Notes: generated by a model from the sequence alone, not told the origin. DNA of 64,000 bases from Thermodesulfobacteriota bacterium (GCA_965215275.1 OZ244044.1:1696001-1760000), one strand, 5' to 3'; shown: positions 48,615-60,711, numbered from the stretch's first letter. Numbers and translations: made by a program.

Positions 48615-51600
48615 ATGTTTAAGATAATCCCCCCCCCCATCTAAGTCATTACTAACTTTAGTCTTTATTCTTCTGTTTATACTGGTAATAGCTGCAAAAG
48701 GGCAGAGCAGCCTGGAAGAAACATTATCTGAATGCAGAGGCATCAGTGCAGACACGGAAGATCCGTTATACGGATGTCAGTGGCATCTGAAGAACACGGG
48801 GCAGTTAAGTTTTTCCGGAAATAGAATAACTGCAGGAGAAGATATAAACATAGAGGGGGTGTGGAACGAAGACGTATACGGTACCGGAATTAACGTAGCA
48901 ATAGTAAGTGACGGTATCGACCTTTCACATGAGGACCTTTCTGCAAACGTCCGTTCCGGACCGAACTATGATCTTTCTGACAGTTCATCCTTTAGTGGGA
49001 CAAGAGCGGCAGGAGTAACAGCAGCAACTGGATATAACGGACTGGGAGTAAGAGGAACAGCACCTGGTGCGAGTATATACAGTTACAGGTTATCCGGTGA
49101 TATCAGTGAAGCGGACGCGGTGGTCCGTAATAAGGAAATAACAGCAGTATCGGTTAACGGCCGGGGATCTGAGGACGGAGCTTTTTTTCAGGAGGCTTCA
49201 TCTTCCTGGGAAGAAGGAGTGGAACTTGGTATAAAGCAAGGGTTTTACGGTAAAGGGGTGTTTTACGTCCGGGGAGTAGGGGACGGGCATGAAAGAGGAG
49301 ATCAGGCTAATTTTAATGAATATTCCAGCTATTACGGAGTAACAGCCGTCTGTTCAACGGACGGCTTTGGAAAGAAGAGTATTTTTTCAGAAGAGGGAGT
49401 AAATCTGTGGGTATGTGCACCTGGTTCTGATATTGTAACTACTGATAACAAAAACGATTACGTTGTAACTTCCGGAACATTTCTATCAGCTTCACAGGTT
49501 GGAGGAGTGGCAGCACTGCTGAGAGAGATAAACGGGAATCTGAGCTGGAGGGATATAAAGCTTATACTTGCGGGTTCAGCACGGCAGAACGATTTTTTTG
49601 ATATGAGCTGGGAGACTGGAGCTGTTAAATACGGTTCTGATACGGAAAGATATAATTCTAATCCTAAGTATGGTTTTGGCGTGGTAGACGCAGAAGCAGC
49701 TGCAGAACTTGCAAAAAGCTGGAAAGGCGTTGGAGAGATGAGGACCATTACAGCTTCTTCAGATAATGAACTGACAATTCCTGATGGAGAAGGAGAAGCA
49801 GACGGGGTCCTTGTTTCCAGACTTATGATCCCGGACCTGGAGGAAATATTTACGGAATTCGTTGAGGTAGAACTTGTTTTCTCTCATGACCGCTTACAGG
49901 ACCTTGATATAAAAATAACCTCTCCTTCCGGGACAGTTTCGGAACTTGTGCGGGAGGTTGCCGGGGAGTCTGTAAGGGGATCTTCGGATGAAGAAAAAAA
50001 CTGCGTCAGTTACCAGAGAAGAACACATCGTTTCGGGTCGGCTAAACACCTCGGAGAAGACCCTTCCGGAGAATGGGTCCTTAAGATCTCCGATACTGCT
50101 TCCGGAGATGAAGAAGATGAAAAAAACACTTTTACCTTACACTCCTGGAGCATTAAGGTATACGGGCATTTTTATCAGGGACCTGGCAGTGAGATAAGTG
50201 CTAAACATCATGATTTCAGTTTTGGTGGTGCGACAATTCAAGATCAGGAGTATCAAATAGGAGTTCAGATAACACCATTAGAACTGCCTAGAGGAACTGG
50301 TGGGGGTGGTGGAAGTAGATACAGGTTAGAACCTAATCTGCCTTCTGGATTGAGGCGTATCATCGACACAATAAGTGGCACACCAAATACTCTGATGTCT
50401 GAGACTACTTATACATGGACTGGTACAGGTCTTAATGGAGATAGTGAAAGTATAACGTTCACCATTACGGTGGTAACAGAACTTAACTCAGAACCAACCT
50501 TCTCAGGAGCAACTGTCCCAGAGCAGATATGGACGGAAGGGGTAAGGATACCAACGTTACGTTTTCCTAATGCAACTGGAGGTAACGGAACTTTAACATA
50601 CTTTTTAAGTCCTGCGCAGCCAGTTGGTATCAGCAGACAGGACAACAGGTTATTCGGAACACCTACGGAACCTCAAAGAAGATCTCTTTATACATGGACA
50701 GTCAGAGACAAAGATAATGATGAAGATATTATTGAGTTCTATATTACTGTAAGAGAGAACGTCCCTACCTTCGGAGGTCAGACCATACCTCAGCAGAATT
50801 ATATAGTAGGCAGAACAATACAAAGATTAGTATTTCCTCGTGCAACGGGAGGGAATGGAACTTTAAATTACAGTTTAACTAATAGTATAGGTGATCCAAT
50901 TAAAATTAATGGATTGGATTATAACGAAAACACCAGAACGTTAAGTGGAACGCTCAACGTTTCTCCAAGTGGATTACCTATAACTCAAACTTATACTTAC
51001 AAGGTAACTGACTCTGACTCAGATGATGACGGTGATTCTGACAGTATTACTTTCTCTATTACTATAACGGCGGTCCTGGCCTTTACCCGGCCTGTATTTA
51101 GTCTTTATACGTTTGTAGCGGGTAATTTCCACTCCACAACTCTGCCAGAGGCAACGGGAGGGAAAACTCCCTTAACTTACAGTTTAACACCTGCATTATT
51201 TGATGGATTGGAATTTAATCCTGCTACCAGAGTGTTAAGCGGAACACCAACTGATGCAACAAAGCCTAGGAAGACTTATACATATACCGTTACTGACACA
51301 GATGGAATTACGAAAGAGCAGACGTTTGATGCTCAGGTAAGAGCAAATATTACTAACATAACGGTAGTAGATAAGGTATATAAGGTCGGTACAGCAGTAA
51401 CGGACACACTGCCTATTGCAGCGGGAGATGGTGGTGGAATATTAACTTACAGTTTAACTCCTTCTTTACCTTCTGGACTGAGTTTTAACAATAACACCCG
51501 AGAGATAACTGGAACGCCAGATACTGCAACTTCCAGAATAACTTACACTTATAGAGTAACTGACACAGTGGGAGATACTGCTCCTTTAACCTTCAATATC

Positions 51601-52383
51601 ACGGTAGTAAGAGCAGAACCAGACACGGAACCAACCTTCGGGAGTGAAACTATAGATAATAAGGTGTATATAAACGGAGAAGCAGTAAATGAAACACTGC
51701 CTGAAGCAATGGGAGGGAATGCTCCATTAACTTACAGTTTAACTAATAGTGTAGGTAATCCAATTAACATTCGTGGATTAAGTTTTAACAGAAACACCAG
51801 AACGTTAAGTGGAACATCCACCGTCAGTGTACATCTACTTCCTACAACTAAGACATATACATATAAAGTAACAGACAATGATGGAGATACAGCAGAGATA
51901 ACGTTCAGGATAACAATAGAAGAAGACAGCGAACCGGACTTCAGCGGTACAACAATACCTGATCGGGTGTACACGGGGAGAACAATAACGCTGCCGGAGG
52001 CAACGGGAGGAAATTTACCAGTTACTTACAGTATAACACCTGATCTGCCAGCTGGATTGAGATTTAACGAAGTAACGCGGGAAATAAGTGGGACACCCAG
52101 GAGTGCATCATCTGCTGCTTCTTACACGTATACGGCAACGGACAGGAATGGAAATACGGATGAGGTGAGTTTCATGCTCAGTGTAGAGGTTCCTTCTACT
52201 CCACCAACACCACCACGAGGACCAAGAACATCAGGTACTGATTCAGGCGGAGGTGGAGGAGGATGTGCTGTATCAGAGCAGAGCAGCGTTGCTTCTGATA
52301 TTCTCGGAGTAATGGCATGTCTGATGCTTATACCTGTATCTATAGTGATCAGAAGGAAGGGAAGGTCTCAGATAAAGATGTAG
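48615..52383 (+). CDS. Kexin-like S8 pseudo-peptidase + P domain + putative Ig repeats + GGGGC/TM anchor, paralog 2 (frameshifted at poly-C 48629-48638)
   Basis: Same architecture and near-identical 5' region as paralog 1; ORF-track start 48859. Confidence 0.85.
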
Positions 52384-52648
52384 CAATGAGGTCCCTTTCA
52401 AAGGCGTTGAACTGACTGAAATCTTTCCCATCAGAATATCTGCTGGCTGCTTACGGGAGAAAAAGCGGTATCTTTCTGTTAAAATCCTCTTTTCTTTTGA
52501 TGTTAAATGTCCTTATTACATAAGGGTCTAACTACAAGGTTTTTCACTCGGTACGAATATAATCTTGTTAAAAATGTCTTTTTTATTCATTTAGCATAGT
52601 TACACATATTATTCCCCATCCTTTTGCGTCTGATCTTCAATTTTCATC

Positions 52649-54466
52649 TTATGAAGTCAGCAGCGTCTTGATTTCTGCCGGCAGTGTAACATTAAATCTT
52701 TTCTCGAATTCAGTTACGCTTTTGTACTCATCGTGAAAAAAGTAGGCAATATTAGACCATTTTCTACTAATGGTCAGGTCTGCTTTAGCACTTTCCCATT
52801 TACTCATGCATAGTTTCATAATTGCCCGTTCATAGTAGTTGCGATCTTCATCTGGATCAATTTCTATTGCCTTGTCAAATTCCTTAATTGCTTCCTTGTA
52901 TTGTCCAAGGCTGCCTTTGGCACGTCCTCTGTTATAACAAATGCAGGGATAGATACGTTCTGTAAATCCCGGATCAAGTTTTATTGCTTTATTAAGGTCC
53001 TCAACTGCTTCCTCGTGTTGCCCAAGACTGCTTTTGGCAAGTCCTCTGTTGTAATAAACATGGTCATAGAGTGTATCGCCCAATTGGGGATTGATCTCTA
53101 TTGCTTTGTCATAGTCCTTGATCGCTTCCTTGTATTGTTCTTTTGCCTTAGCAATATCTTGTTCTAAATCTCTCAGTTGTTCTCCTAGTCCGAATCTGCT
53201 ATCTCCTCTGTTATAGTAGAATTTTGCATCTTGCGGGTCTATCTTTATTGCTTCGTTAAAATCCTTAATGGCTTCCTCGTATTTTTCAGATTGTAACTTG
53301 GCATTTCCTCTGCTGTAGTAAATTTCCGCATCTTGCGGACCTGTCTCTATCACTTTGTCAAAGTCCTTGATCGCTTCTTCGTAGTATCCAATCTCGTATT
53401 TGATAATTCCACTGCTGTAGCAGACTTCTGCATCTTGCGGGTCTATCCCTGCCGCTTTATCAAGATCTTCAATAGCTTCTTCTCCTGTCTTTTCTATAGT
53501 TTCGTCTAATTTTTCGTCCCGGCTCCCAATACGTGGTTCATACATAACTTTGGTAAGTTCTTTAGCAAACAAAGCTCTGGAAAGTCCTCTATTATAGTAG
53601 GCTACTCCGTCTCGCGGGTTCATATCTATTGCTTTGCCAAAGTCCTTGACCGCTTCCTCGTATTGACCAAGCAGGATCCTGATATACCCTCTGTTACAAA
53701 AAGATTCTGCGTCTTGAGGATCGATCTTTATTAATTCGTCAAAGTCCTCGATCACCTCTCCGTGTAACTCAAGCAGTTTTTTGGCAACCTTTCTGCCAGC
53801 GTGGGTAAACAGATGCTTCGGATAGACCTCTATAATTTTGTCAAAATCCTTGATCGCTTCTTTGAGTTTTCCAAGATTTCCTTTGGCATGTCCTCTTTCA
53901 TAATAACAGTGAAAATACGCAAATTGTGGGTCGATCTTCATAACTTTATCAAAGTCCTCGACCGCTTCCTTGTATTGTCCAAGTTCGTTTTTGGCAAACC
54001 CTCTGTTATAGTAAATATCTGCATCTTGCAGACCTGTCTCTACTGCTTTGTCAAAGTCCTCGATCGCTTCTCTGTATCGTTTAATATAGGTTTTGGTAAG
54101 CCCTCTTTTATAATAAACCTCTGTATCTTGCGGACCTATCTCTATTGCGTTACCAAAGTCCCTAATTGCTTCTTTGTATTGCCAAAGTCGGGTTTTAGCA
54201 AATCCTCTGTCAGTGTAGGATTTTGCATCCTGTGGGTTCATCTCTATTGCTTTATTAAAATATTCAATTGCTTTGTCGTACTGCTCAAGTTTGACCGCGG
54301 CAAGCCCTCTGCCAGCATATGCTCTTGCAAATTGAGAATCAAGATGGATCGCCTCATCTAGATCATCAATAGCTTTTATGAACTCTCCTTTGTTCAAAAA
54401 CGCGTTTCCGCGTTCAAAGTATCCTTTTGCATCTTTTGGTTCTGGCAATGTATTTGATTTGTCCAC
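52649..54466 (-). CDS. Tetratricopeptide repeat protein
   Basis: Many 34-aa repeats YYNRG.AK..L.QY.EAI.DF.KAIEI.P. Confidence 0.95.
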   Translation of the reverse strand: MDKSNTLPEPKDAKGYFERGNAFLNKGEFIKAIDDLDEAIHLDSQFARAYAGRGLAAVKLEQYDKAIEYFNKAIEMNPQDAKSYTDRGFAKTRLWQYKEAIRDFGNAIEIGPQDTEVYYKRGLTKTYIKRYREAIEDFDKAVETGLQDADIYYNRGFAKNELGQYKEAVEDFDKVMKIDPQFAYFHCYYERGHAKGNLGKLKEAIKDFDKIIEVYPKHLFTHAGRKVAKKLLELHGEVIEDFDELIKIDPQDAESFCNRGYIRILLGQYEEAVKDFGKAIDMNPRDGVAYYNRGLSRALFAKELTKVMYEPRIGSRDEKLDETIEKTGEEAIEDLDKAAGIDPQDAEVCYSSGIIKYEIGYYEEAIKDFDKVIETGPQDAEIYYSRGNAKLQSEKYEEAIKDFNEAIKIDPQDAKFYYNRGDSRFGLGEQLRDLEQDIAKAKEQYKEAIKDYDKAIEINPQLGDTLYDHVYYNRGLAKSSLGQHEEAVEDLNKAIKLDPGFTERIYPCICYNRGRAKGSLGQYKEAIKEFDKAIEIDPDEDRNYYERAIMKLCMSKWESAKADLTISRKWSNIAYFFHDEYKSVTEFEKRFNVTLPAEIKTLLTS

Positions 54467-54884
54467 GTTTATTCTCCGGAAGTCGCATTCTTTACTGACT
54501 ATTATACAGTAAAATTTGCAGAAGGTTTATATAGTCTGACAAAAATTGAACTCTTTTACCATAACTAAAAGGTCGGGATTTAATACTCCAATCAGCCAGT
54601 TACCTATGCTACGGAGTGTATAAAGCATTTTCTTTATACACTAAACAAACTTCTTAAAAATCTCTTTTTCAGCGATCTGCTGGCACGCTCTAAACCTGCA
54701 ATGGCTTTATTAGATTGATTAATCTTGATTTTGGCATGTCCACTACTATAAATGTAGGTCTGCAGCCCTGAATTTGTTTATCAAATAGATTTAGCAGAGC
54801 GTATTATGCGTGAAGAGACCATGATATTTTCAAAAACTGGCTGATTAGTGGCTGAACCACAGACTGGATTGTAGAAAATAGTGT

Positions 54885-57800
54885 TTATTGAACTTTTTTG
54901 CAACCTGGTCCTGCAAGAGAACTGCGACCGCCGGAGACAGGTGTTATGGTTATCTGTGTGCTTATTCTTCCCTTCAGTGCAGATACGTGGGAAATGATTC
55001 CAATAAGTTTATCCTCCTGCTGGAGTTCGGATAAAGTTTCCAGAGCAGTCTCCAGAGATTCTTCATCCAAGGTACCGAAACCTTCATCAAGAAACAAGGA
55101 ATCCACTCGAACTTTACGGCTAGCCATCTTGGAAAGCCCTAGTGCCAGTGCAAGACTTACGATGAAACTTTCCCCACCGGATAAATTCTTGGTCGATCTG
55201 ATTTCGCCGGCTTGGTAATTGTCAATGACGTTCAATTCCAAGGGACGTTCGTCATCAAGAATAAGCAGGTAACGGTCTTTCATCGTTTCCAGCTGACGGT
55301 TTGTATGTGAAACCATCAACTTAAAAGTTAGTCCTTGGGCAAAGTTACGGTATTTTTTGCCATCAGCAGAACCAATTAAACTATGCAGATTATTCCACCT
55401 GTTACACTCTTTTTCCTGAGCATCTACGGCTGTCTGCTTTTCTTTCTCTCGCTCTTTAGCGGCTTTATTCTCACTCAATTTATACTTGAGACCGGCAATG
55501 ACATCTTGCAGTTGTTGCAAAGATTCTTCATTCTCTTCTAATTGCGGTTCCAGTTCCTCAAGAGGTTTATCCGTAACCTTCTTGTTCATTTCCGAGTCTA
55601 AAAGCCTTTCACGGTCTTCTTGCATGACCTTGATATCTCTTTGTCTGTCATTCAGTTCTTTTGCTCTGGCAGACAGTACCTCCTGCTGCTCTGCTGTTAG
55701 TCTGGCTTCAAAAAACTCTTTTTCATCTGAAAAACCAACCTGTGCAAGAGTTGTAGCAAATTTGGATTCTGCATCTTCCAGTTTTGGACATCTTTGGTTT
55801 ATTTGTTTTTTCAGTAATTCCACACGAGTATTTGCAGTGTTCAATTTCTGCTGCGACTCATCGCGTAATTTTCTTGTCTTTTTTTCTATTTCTTCAGCAT
55901 TGTCAATAGCCTCTTTCAAGCGAATCTGCTCACTGTCAGGATCTTTATCACCATACTTTTCTTCCCGCCTATTACTTTCAGCAGTATATTCCTTTTTTAA
56001 GGTCTCAAGGGTTTTCCTTTCCTCGTTCAATTGGTTGTTTTGGGTTTCTATAATTGCTTCAAGACTCTTAATCTCGCTGTCAAATTCTGCAATTCGGTTT
56101 TTAATTTCAGTCTTTTTACTATACTGACGTTGCCACTTGTCAAGGCGTTTCTTGAGTAGCTCAAGCAGTGATGAAACATCATCAGGAACTTCTGAAATGC
56201 CAAGCATCTGAAGTTTATTAGATACATTCTGTTTTAATTCAGTAAAATCATCACGAACTTTTTCTAAGCTATCTATAGTCTCGGAAAGAACTTTCTCGGC
56301 AACCTTTTTATCATTAGCTGCTACTGCTTCCAGCTTTTCACTATCCGTCAGATTTTTGCGGGTAGCAACTTCAGTTTCCTCAAGTTTTTTAATAGAAGCC
56401 TCCTGATCTACAGATTTGGTGATCAGTTTAGCAAGTTCTTTGATTTCTTTTTCGGTTTCATCGGGTATTGAAATGTTCCCTTTCACAAAGAGGTGTTCTT
56501 TCGCACCACAGAACGGATAAAGATCGCCGTCCCCTGGTTTATCCCGATAATTTCCAAGTTTCTCAAACTTTGACAGAAAAGTCATTCCACAAAGCAAGCT
56601 TTTTTTCTTGGTGTGGTATTTTTGCAGCAGTTGGTTACTCAGCAATTTACTCTTGCTCAGTAACTTGCTCAAAGTATTCTTTTCTTGCTGAATGTATTTT
56701 GATATGTTCTCTTGTTTTTGTTTGCAGTTTCTGCATTGCTCCGTGCACTCTTTGAGTTTCTTTATCGCCTGATCAAGAACCGTGTTAGCCTCTCTGTGGT
56801 CAACTTCTTTGTTGTTAATCTCCGTTTGTCTGGAGCACAGGCTGCCTAGCTGCTCTTCGACACCGGCAAGACCGCTTATCAGCCATTCGTCCTGTACATA
56901 TTTCTTGAGATAACTGTCAACTGGTTTCAAGCTTTTTTCTGCCTCAGTACGCTTTTTCTTCTCTTTAAGTATTTCTTGTTTATTAGCCTCAATTTTTGCC
57001 TCATATTTTTCACAGCTACATTCACTTTCATTAATAATCTTTTCCTGTTTAGCAAGATGAGCATCAAGTGAGCGAATTTCCTGAATGAGTGGTTCAGCAG
57101 CGTCCAGTTCCTCTTTGACTTTAATTATTTGCTGTTCGGCTAATTTAAGTGATTCAGCATGTTCTTTAGCGAAAGATTCCAGTTCAGGAAGAAGCACTTC
57201 TTCAGATTCCAAGTCCTCCTGATCGTCTGACTGCTGCTCTCGGGTTGTCGTAAGTTCTGCATACAAACCATCCAGTAAAGAAGCCTTTTTTGATCGTTCA
57301 AGTTTTTCACGCTCTGGTTTGAAATCATCTATATCACTCTGCAACTCAACTTCTTCTTCAGAAAGTCTGTTAATTTCTTTCTTTAACTTATCAACAGTGT
57401 TGAGCCATGTAATAGCTTCTTTCGTTTTGGTTAATTTATCATTAAGTTCTGTTTCTTCTTTTTTCTTTACATTGAGTTCCCGTTCAATCTTTTTTTCCTG
57501 TTCCGGTTCCAGAACAGTAATGCCTGATTTTTCGGCCTGAAGCAGATTTAACTTCTCTTCCTCTTCACGCCGTCGTTTGTGGACACGCTGTGAAATTTCC
57601 GAATAAATCTCTGTGTCGGTGATCTGCTCAAGAATCCTTGACTTTTGTTCAGTATCCGCCTTTAGGAAAGCATCAAAGTTACCTTGAGCCAGCAGCATGG
57701 AACGGATAAAACGATTAAAGTCCATTCCTGTTTTTTCTTCAATTACTTTGGGCACTAACCTCTTTTGGGTTTCAATAAGTTCGCGGGTATCACCATCTGC

Positions 57801-58148
57801 AATCCAGTGCTCTTGACTCTGTAGATCACCTTCAGCACGTCTCCGTGCACGACGCTGCTCCCAGTGACAAAGGAAACGGCCAGTCTGGGATTCAAACACC
57901 ACCTCGGCATAGCATTCTCCGGTCTGACGCGACATAATCCCGTTCTCACTCTTGGTTATTTTTCCAAGGCGAGGCGTTGAACCATACAAGGCAAGGCAGA
58001 TGGCATCAAGAACAGTTGACTTGCCAGCACCTGTAGGTCCGGTAAGAGCAAAAATCCCATTGGATACATATTCTGGGTCTGTAAAGTCAATGAACCATTC
58101 ACCGTAGAGGGAGTTGAGGTTTTTAAATCTGAGTTCAAGTATCTTCAT
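54885..58148 (-). CDS. sbcC: SbcC/Rad50-like SMC ATPase
   Basis: GPTGAGKS, long coiled coil, LSGGE, FLDEGFGTLD, ISH. Confidence 0.95.
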   Translation of the reverse strand: MKILELRFKNLNSLYGEWFIDFTDPEYVSNGIFALTGPTGAGKSTVLDAICLALYGSTPRLGKITKSENGIMSRQTGECYAEVVFESQTGRFLCHWEQRRARRRAEGDLQSQEHWIADGDTRELIETQKRLVPKVIEEKTGMDFNRFIRSMLLAQGNFDAFLKADTEQKSRILEQITDTEIYSEISQRVHKRRREEEEKLNLLQAEKSGITVLEPEQEKKIERELNVKKKEETELNDKLTKTKEAITWLNTVDKLKKEINRLSEEEVELQSDIDDFKPEREKLERSKKASLLDGLYAELTTTREQQSDDQEDLESEEVLLPELESFAKEHAESLKLAEQQIIKVKEELDAAEPLIQEIRSLDAHLAKQEKIINESECSCEKYEAKIEANKQEILKEKKKRTEAEKSLKPVDSYLKKYVQDEWLISGLAGVEEQLGSLCSRQTEINNKEVDHREANTVLDQAIKKLKECTEQCRNCKQKQENISKYIQQEKNTLSKLLSKSKLLSNQLLQKYHTKKKSLLCGMTFLSKFEKLGNYRDKPGDGDLYPFCGAKEHLFVKGNISIPDETEKEIKELAKLITKSVDQEASIKKLEETEVATRKNLTDSEKLEAVAANDKKVAEKVLSETIDSLEKVRDDFTELKQNVSNKLQMLGISEVPDDVSSLLELLKKRLDKWQRQYSKKTEIKNRIAEFDSEIKSLEAIIETQNNQLNEERKTLETLKKEYTAESNRREEKYGDKDPDSEQIRLKEAIDNAEEIEKKTRKLRDESQQKLNTANTRVELLKKQINQRCPKLEDAESKFATTLAQVGFSDEKEFFEARLTAEQQEVLSARAKELNDRQRDIKVMQEDRERLLDSEMNKKVTDKPLEELEPQLEENEESLQQLQDVIAGLKYKLSENKAAKEREKEKQTAVDAQEKECNRWNNLHSLIGSADGKKYRNFAQGLTFKLMVSHTNRQLETMKDRYLLILDDERPLELNVIDNYQAGEIRSTKNLSGGESFIVSLALALGLSKMASRKVRVDSLFLDEGFGTLDEESLETALETLSELQQEDKLIGIISHVSALKGRISTQITITPVSGGRSSLAGPGCKKVQ

Positions 58149-58159
58149 AATCAGCCTCT

Positions 58160-59401
58160 TTATTCCTCGTTTACATCTTCTTCTATAAGAGAGTTTATTA
58201 TTTCTTTATAGGATGCCATCAACTCATCCCGTTGCTCCTCATTCGATATATTGGAAGTGTCCATATAAAGAGAAAAAACATCAAATTCATCCAGATCATC
58301 AAGAGTTTCATTCTCAGTAAGACTATTAATGGTTCGTTCAATAACTTGTTTGTTTTTGATCCGCCGGATTTCCATGTTGGAACCGGCCAGAGTTTCATAT
58401 ATTCTGTCTCGAAGGTTACTGATGATTTCATTGCCCGTATATTCAATCTCAAGCCAAGCACTACTTTTTGTTTTCTTAAGTTCTTCCAGCTTTGCATATA
58501 TATCATCCATTTCCCCCGCGATGCGGATCAATGGCTGAAAACACGGCACTTTGATTTCTTTAATGTTTGGAGTAGTACTGTCGAACTCAATCAGAACAAC
58601 CTTCTTTTCTTGAGTTGCCTCACCGTAACCCATCGGAATAGGTGACCCGCAATAGCGAATATGTTTTTTCTTGCCAACAGTTTGAGGAATATGTAAATGT
58701 CCCAGTGCAAGATAGTCGATTGATGAAGGAAATGCTTCCTCACCTACATATGCTAATGAACCTACATAAAGTTCCCGGACACCATCTCCATCAACTGTCT
58801 TACCACCTTTGGTATATAGGTGTCCCATAGCAATGATAGGAATATCAGCATGTACATCTTGTGAAAATTCAGACCTTTTCTGCTCTGCTACGGAACAGAT
58901 GTCCGCATAGTGTTTTTTCTGTCCCTCAATGAGTTTTGCACCTTTATTGTCAATAGTGTCTCCAGGCTCAACTGTACAAATATCCTTATCACGCAGATAC
59001 GGCACCGCACACACAATTACCTCCGGTTGTTCATCCTTGTAAAGAACGATCACTTCATCTGCCAAGTTTTCTGTCATGGAACCTACAACATATACATTCA
59101 GTGCTCGCAGCAATTCCTTAGGAGCATTCAGAAATGACGGTGAGTCATGATTTCCAGCAATTACAACAACATGTCGGCAACAGGAAGTAGAAACCTCGAA
59201 GAGAAAACGATAGTAAAGTTCCTGTGCCCGATTACTGGGTGTACTGGTATGAAAAATATCACCAGCCACAAGAAGGATATCGACCTCCTTTTCTTCAACC
59301 GTTTTGGCCAGCCATTCTAGAAATTTGGCAAACTCATCATAGCGTTTTCTGCCATAAAGAGAATGACCTAAATGCCAGTCCGATGTGTGAAGGACTCTCA
59401 T
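58160..59401 (-). CDS. sbcD: SbcD/Mre11-like nuclease
   Basis: HTSDWHLG, AGD, GNHD, ALGHLH. Confidence 0.95.
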   Translation of the reverse strand: MRVLHTSDWHLGHSLYGRKRYDEFAKFLEWLAKTVEEKEVDILLVAGDIFHTSTPSNRAQELYYRFLFEVSTSCCRHVVVIAGNHDSPSFLNAPKELLRALNVYVVGSMTENLADEVIVLYKDEQPEVIVCAVPYLRDKDICTVEPGDTIDNKGAKLIEGQKKHYADICSVAEQKRSEFSQDVHADIPIIAMGHLYTKGGKTVDGDGVRELYVGSLAYVGEEAFPSSIDYLALGHLHIPQTVGKKKHIRYCGSPIPMGYGEATQEKKVVLIEFDSTTPNIKEIKVPCFQPLIRIAGEMDDIYAKLEELKKTKSSAWLEIEYTGNEIISNLRDRIYETLAGSNMEIRRIKNKQVIERTINSLTENETLDDLDEFDVFSLYMDTSNISNEEQRDELMASYKEIINSLIEEDVNEE

Positions 59402-59503
59402 ATAAACTCCTAGGTTTCTTCTTTAAGAGGATCTTCTTTTACGCCAATGCTTTGAAGTAAATCCCGATACTGATCTGAGTCATTTTCCCTCAAATACACA
59501 GTT

Positions 59504-60664
59504 TTAACCATAAATAAATTTGTCTATATACTTCTCCTTAAAATGTGATAAAACTTCATATTCTCCGATTACTCCTTTAAAGTAAGCATTGCGGTAAATT
59601 TCCTTTTCCGGTGGAGAGTAAATAGGTCTGGGAGATCTTCCTTTGTTTTGTCTTCCCATTGTTTCTTTGATTTTTTCTAATTGTTTTTTCTCTTCAATAG
59701 CTTTATATTCGTCTTTTAATTTTCGTTTGAATGACGAGTATTTGTCCCATGAAATAGTTTCTTGAGTAAACAAACGTGTGAAAATTGCCAAACGGCTTAT
59801 ATGGTATTTTTGTGAATAAGTTTTAATTTGCTGGTTATCGTAATTTGGGTCTTGTTTGAATATATCTTGCAATTCTTCTTCAAAATCTGCTGACAGAAAA
59901 GTAAAGGCAAAATCATTACACCATTTTTCTACATCATTTAATGATCCATGGTTTGTTTTTATATCGAATGGCTGTTCGTCTAATTCTTCTTTTGTTAATA
60001 AATAATGCCCCAACTCATGTATCAGGGTAAATATCTCTCTCTTGAATGATCTCTGTTGTCTTTTAATAACTATGTTATTAGGTGTAAGAAAAAAACCGTC
60101 TATATTAGCTCTATCCTTTTGATTCGGATACTCTATAAATTCCAAGACCAGGATATTGTGTTCTGCAAAGTTATTAATTAGGGTTTTTAAAAAATCCCTA
60201 TCTTTTGGGATATTGCGTTCTATAGGATAGATCTTCTTTCTTATTTGAATGGCAACTTCCTGAGGGGGATCTGTTAGGCTGGATTTATCAAGTTTCTTAC
60301 TTAGTTTATAGTTAGAGAGTTTAGATAATGCAGATAAGGAACGAATACGTGTTTCCATTTTGCTAACGACCTTCCTGTCTTCTAAACTTATAGTAGAATT
60401 AAAATTTGTTTTTCTGAAAAATATGCTCGCTTTATTTTCTTCTTTTGGTTCGTTAGGATCGGTATAAAAAGAAAGTCCTTTATCAAAGATTCTATCTATT
60501 TTTTTGAGATGACTTTCTTTTATGTTGTCGTTAAATATTTCTTGTTCTTTGATGGGATTTTTTAGTTTCTCACTTATCTTTTTCAATAGTTCTTCTTTGG
60601 AAAGTCCAAAGAGTTTCATCTGATATTTAATTCTTCGAGGATTTATTGTTATATGTTCAGTCAT
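59504..60664 (-). CDS. ImmA/IrrE-family metallopeptidase with N-terminal HTH-like region
   Basis: FTLIHELGH, EKWCNDFA. Confidence 0.85.
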   Translation of the reverse strand: MTEHITINPRRIKYQMKLFGLSKEELLKKISEKLKNPIKEQEIFNDNIKESHLKKIDRIFDKGLSFYTDPNEPKEENKASIFFRKTNFNSTISLEDRKVVSKMETRIRSLSALSKLSNYKLSKKLDKSSLTDPPQEVAIQIRKKIYPIERNIPKDRDFLKTLINNFAEHNILVLEFIEYPNQKDRANIDGFFLTPNNIVIKRQQRSFKREIFTLIHELGHYLLTKEELDEQPFDIKTNHGSLNDVEKWCNDFAFTFLSADFEEELQDIFKQDPNYDNQQIKTYSQKYHISRLAIFTRLFTQETISWDKYSSFKRKLKDEYKAIEEKKQLEKIKETMGRQNKGRSPRPIYSPPEKEIYRNAYFKGVIGEYEVLSHFKEKYIDKFIYG

Positions 60665-60711
60665 AGTACAACTCCTCTAATCTTCTTGATGTTTGTCTGT
60701 ACAGAGGAAGT

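Noticed and set aside
52590..52620. Weak TIR-like ends here and near 15545
   Set aside because: Too degenerate to separate from chance in AT-rich DNA
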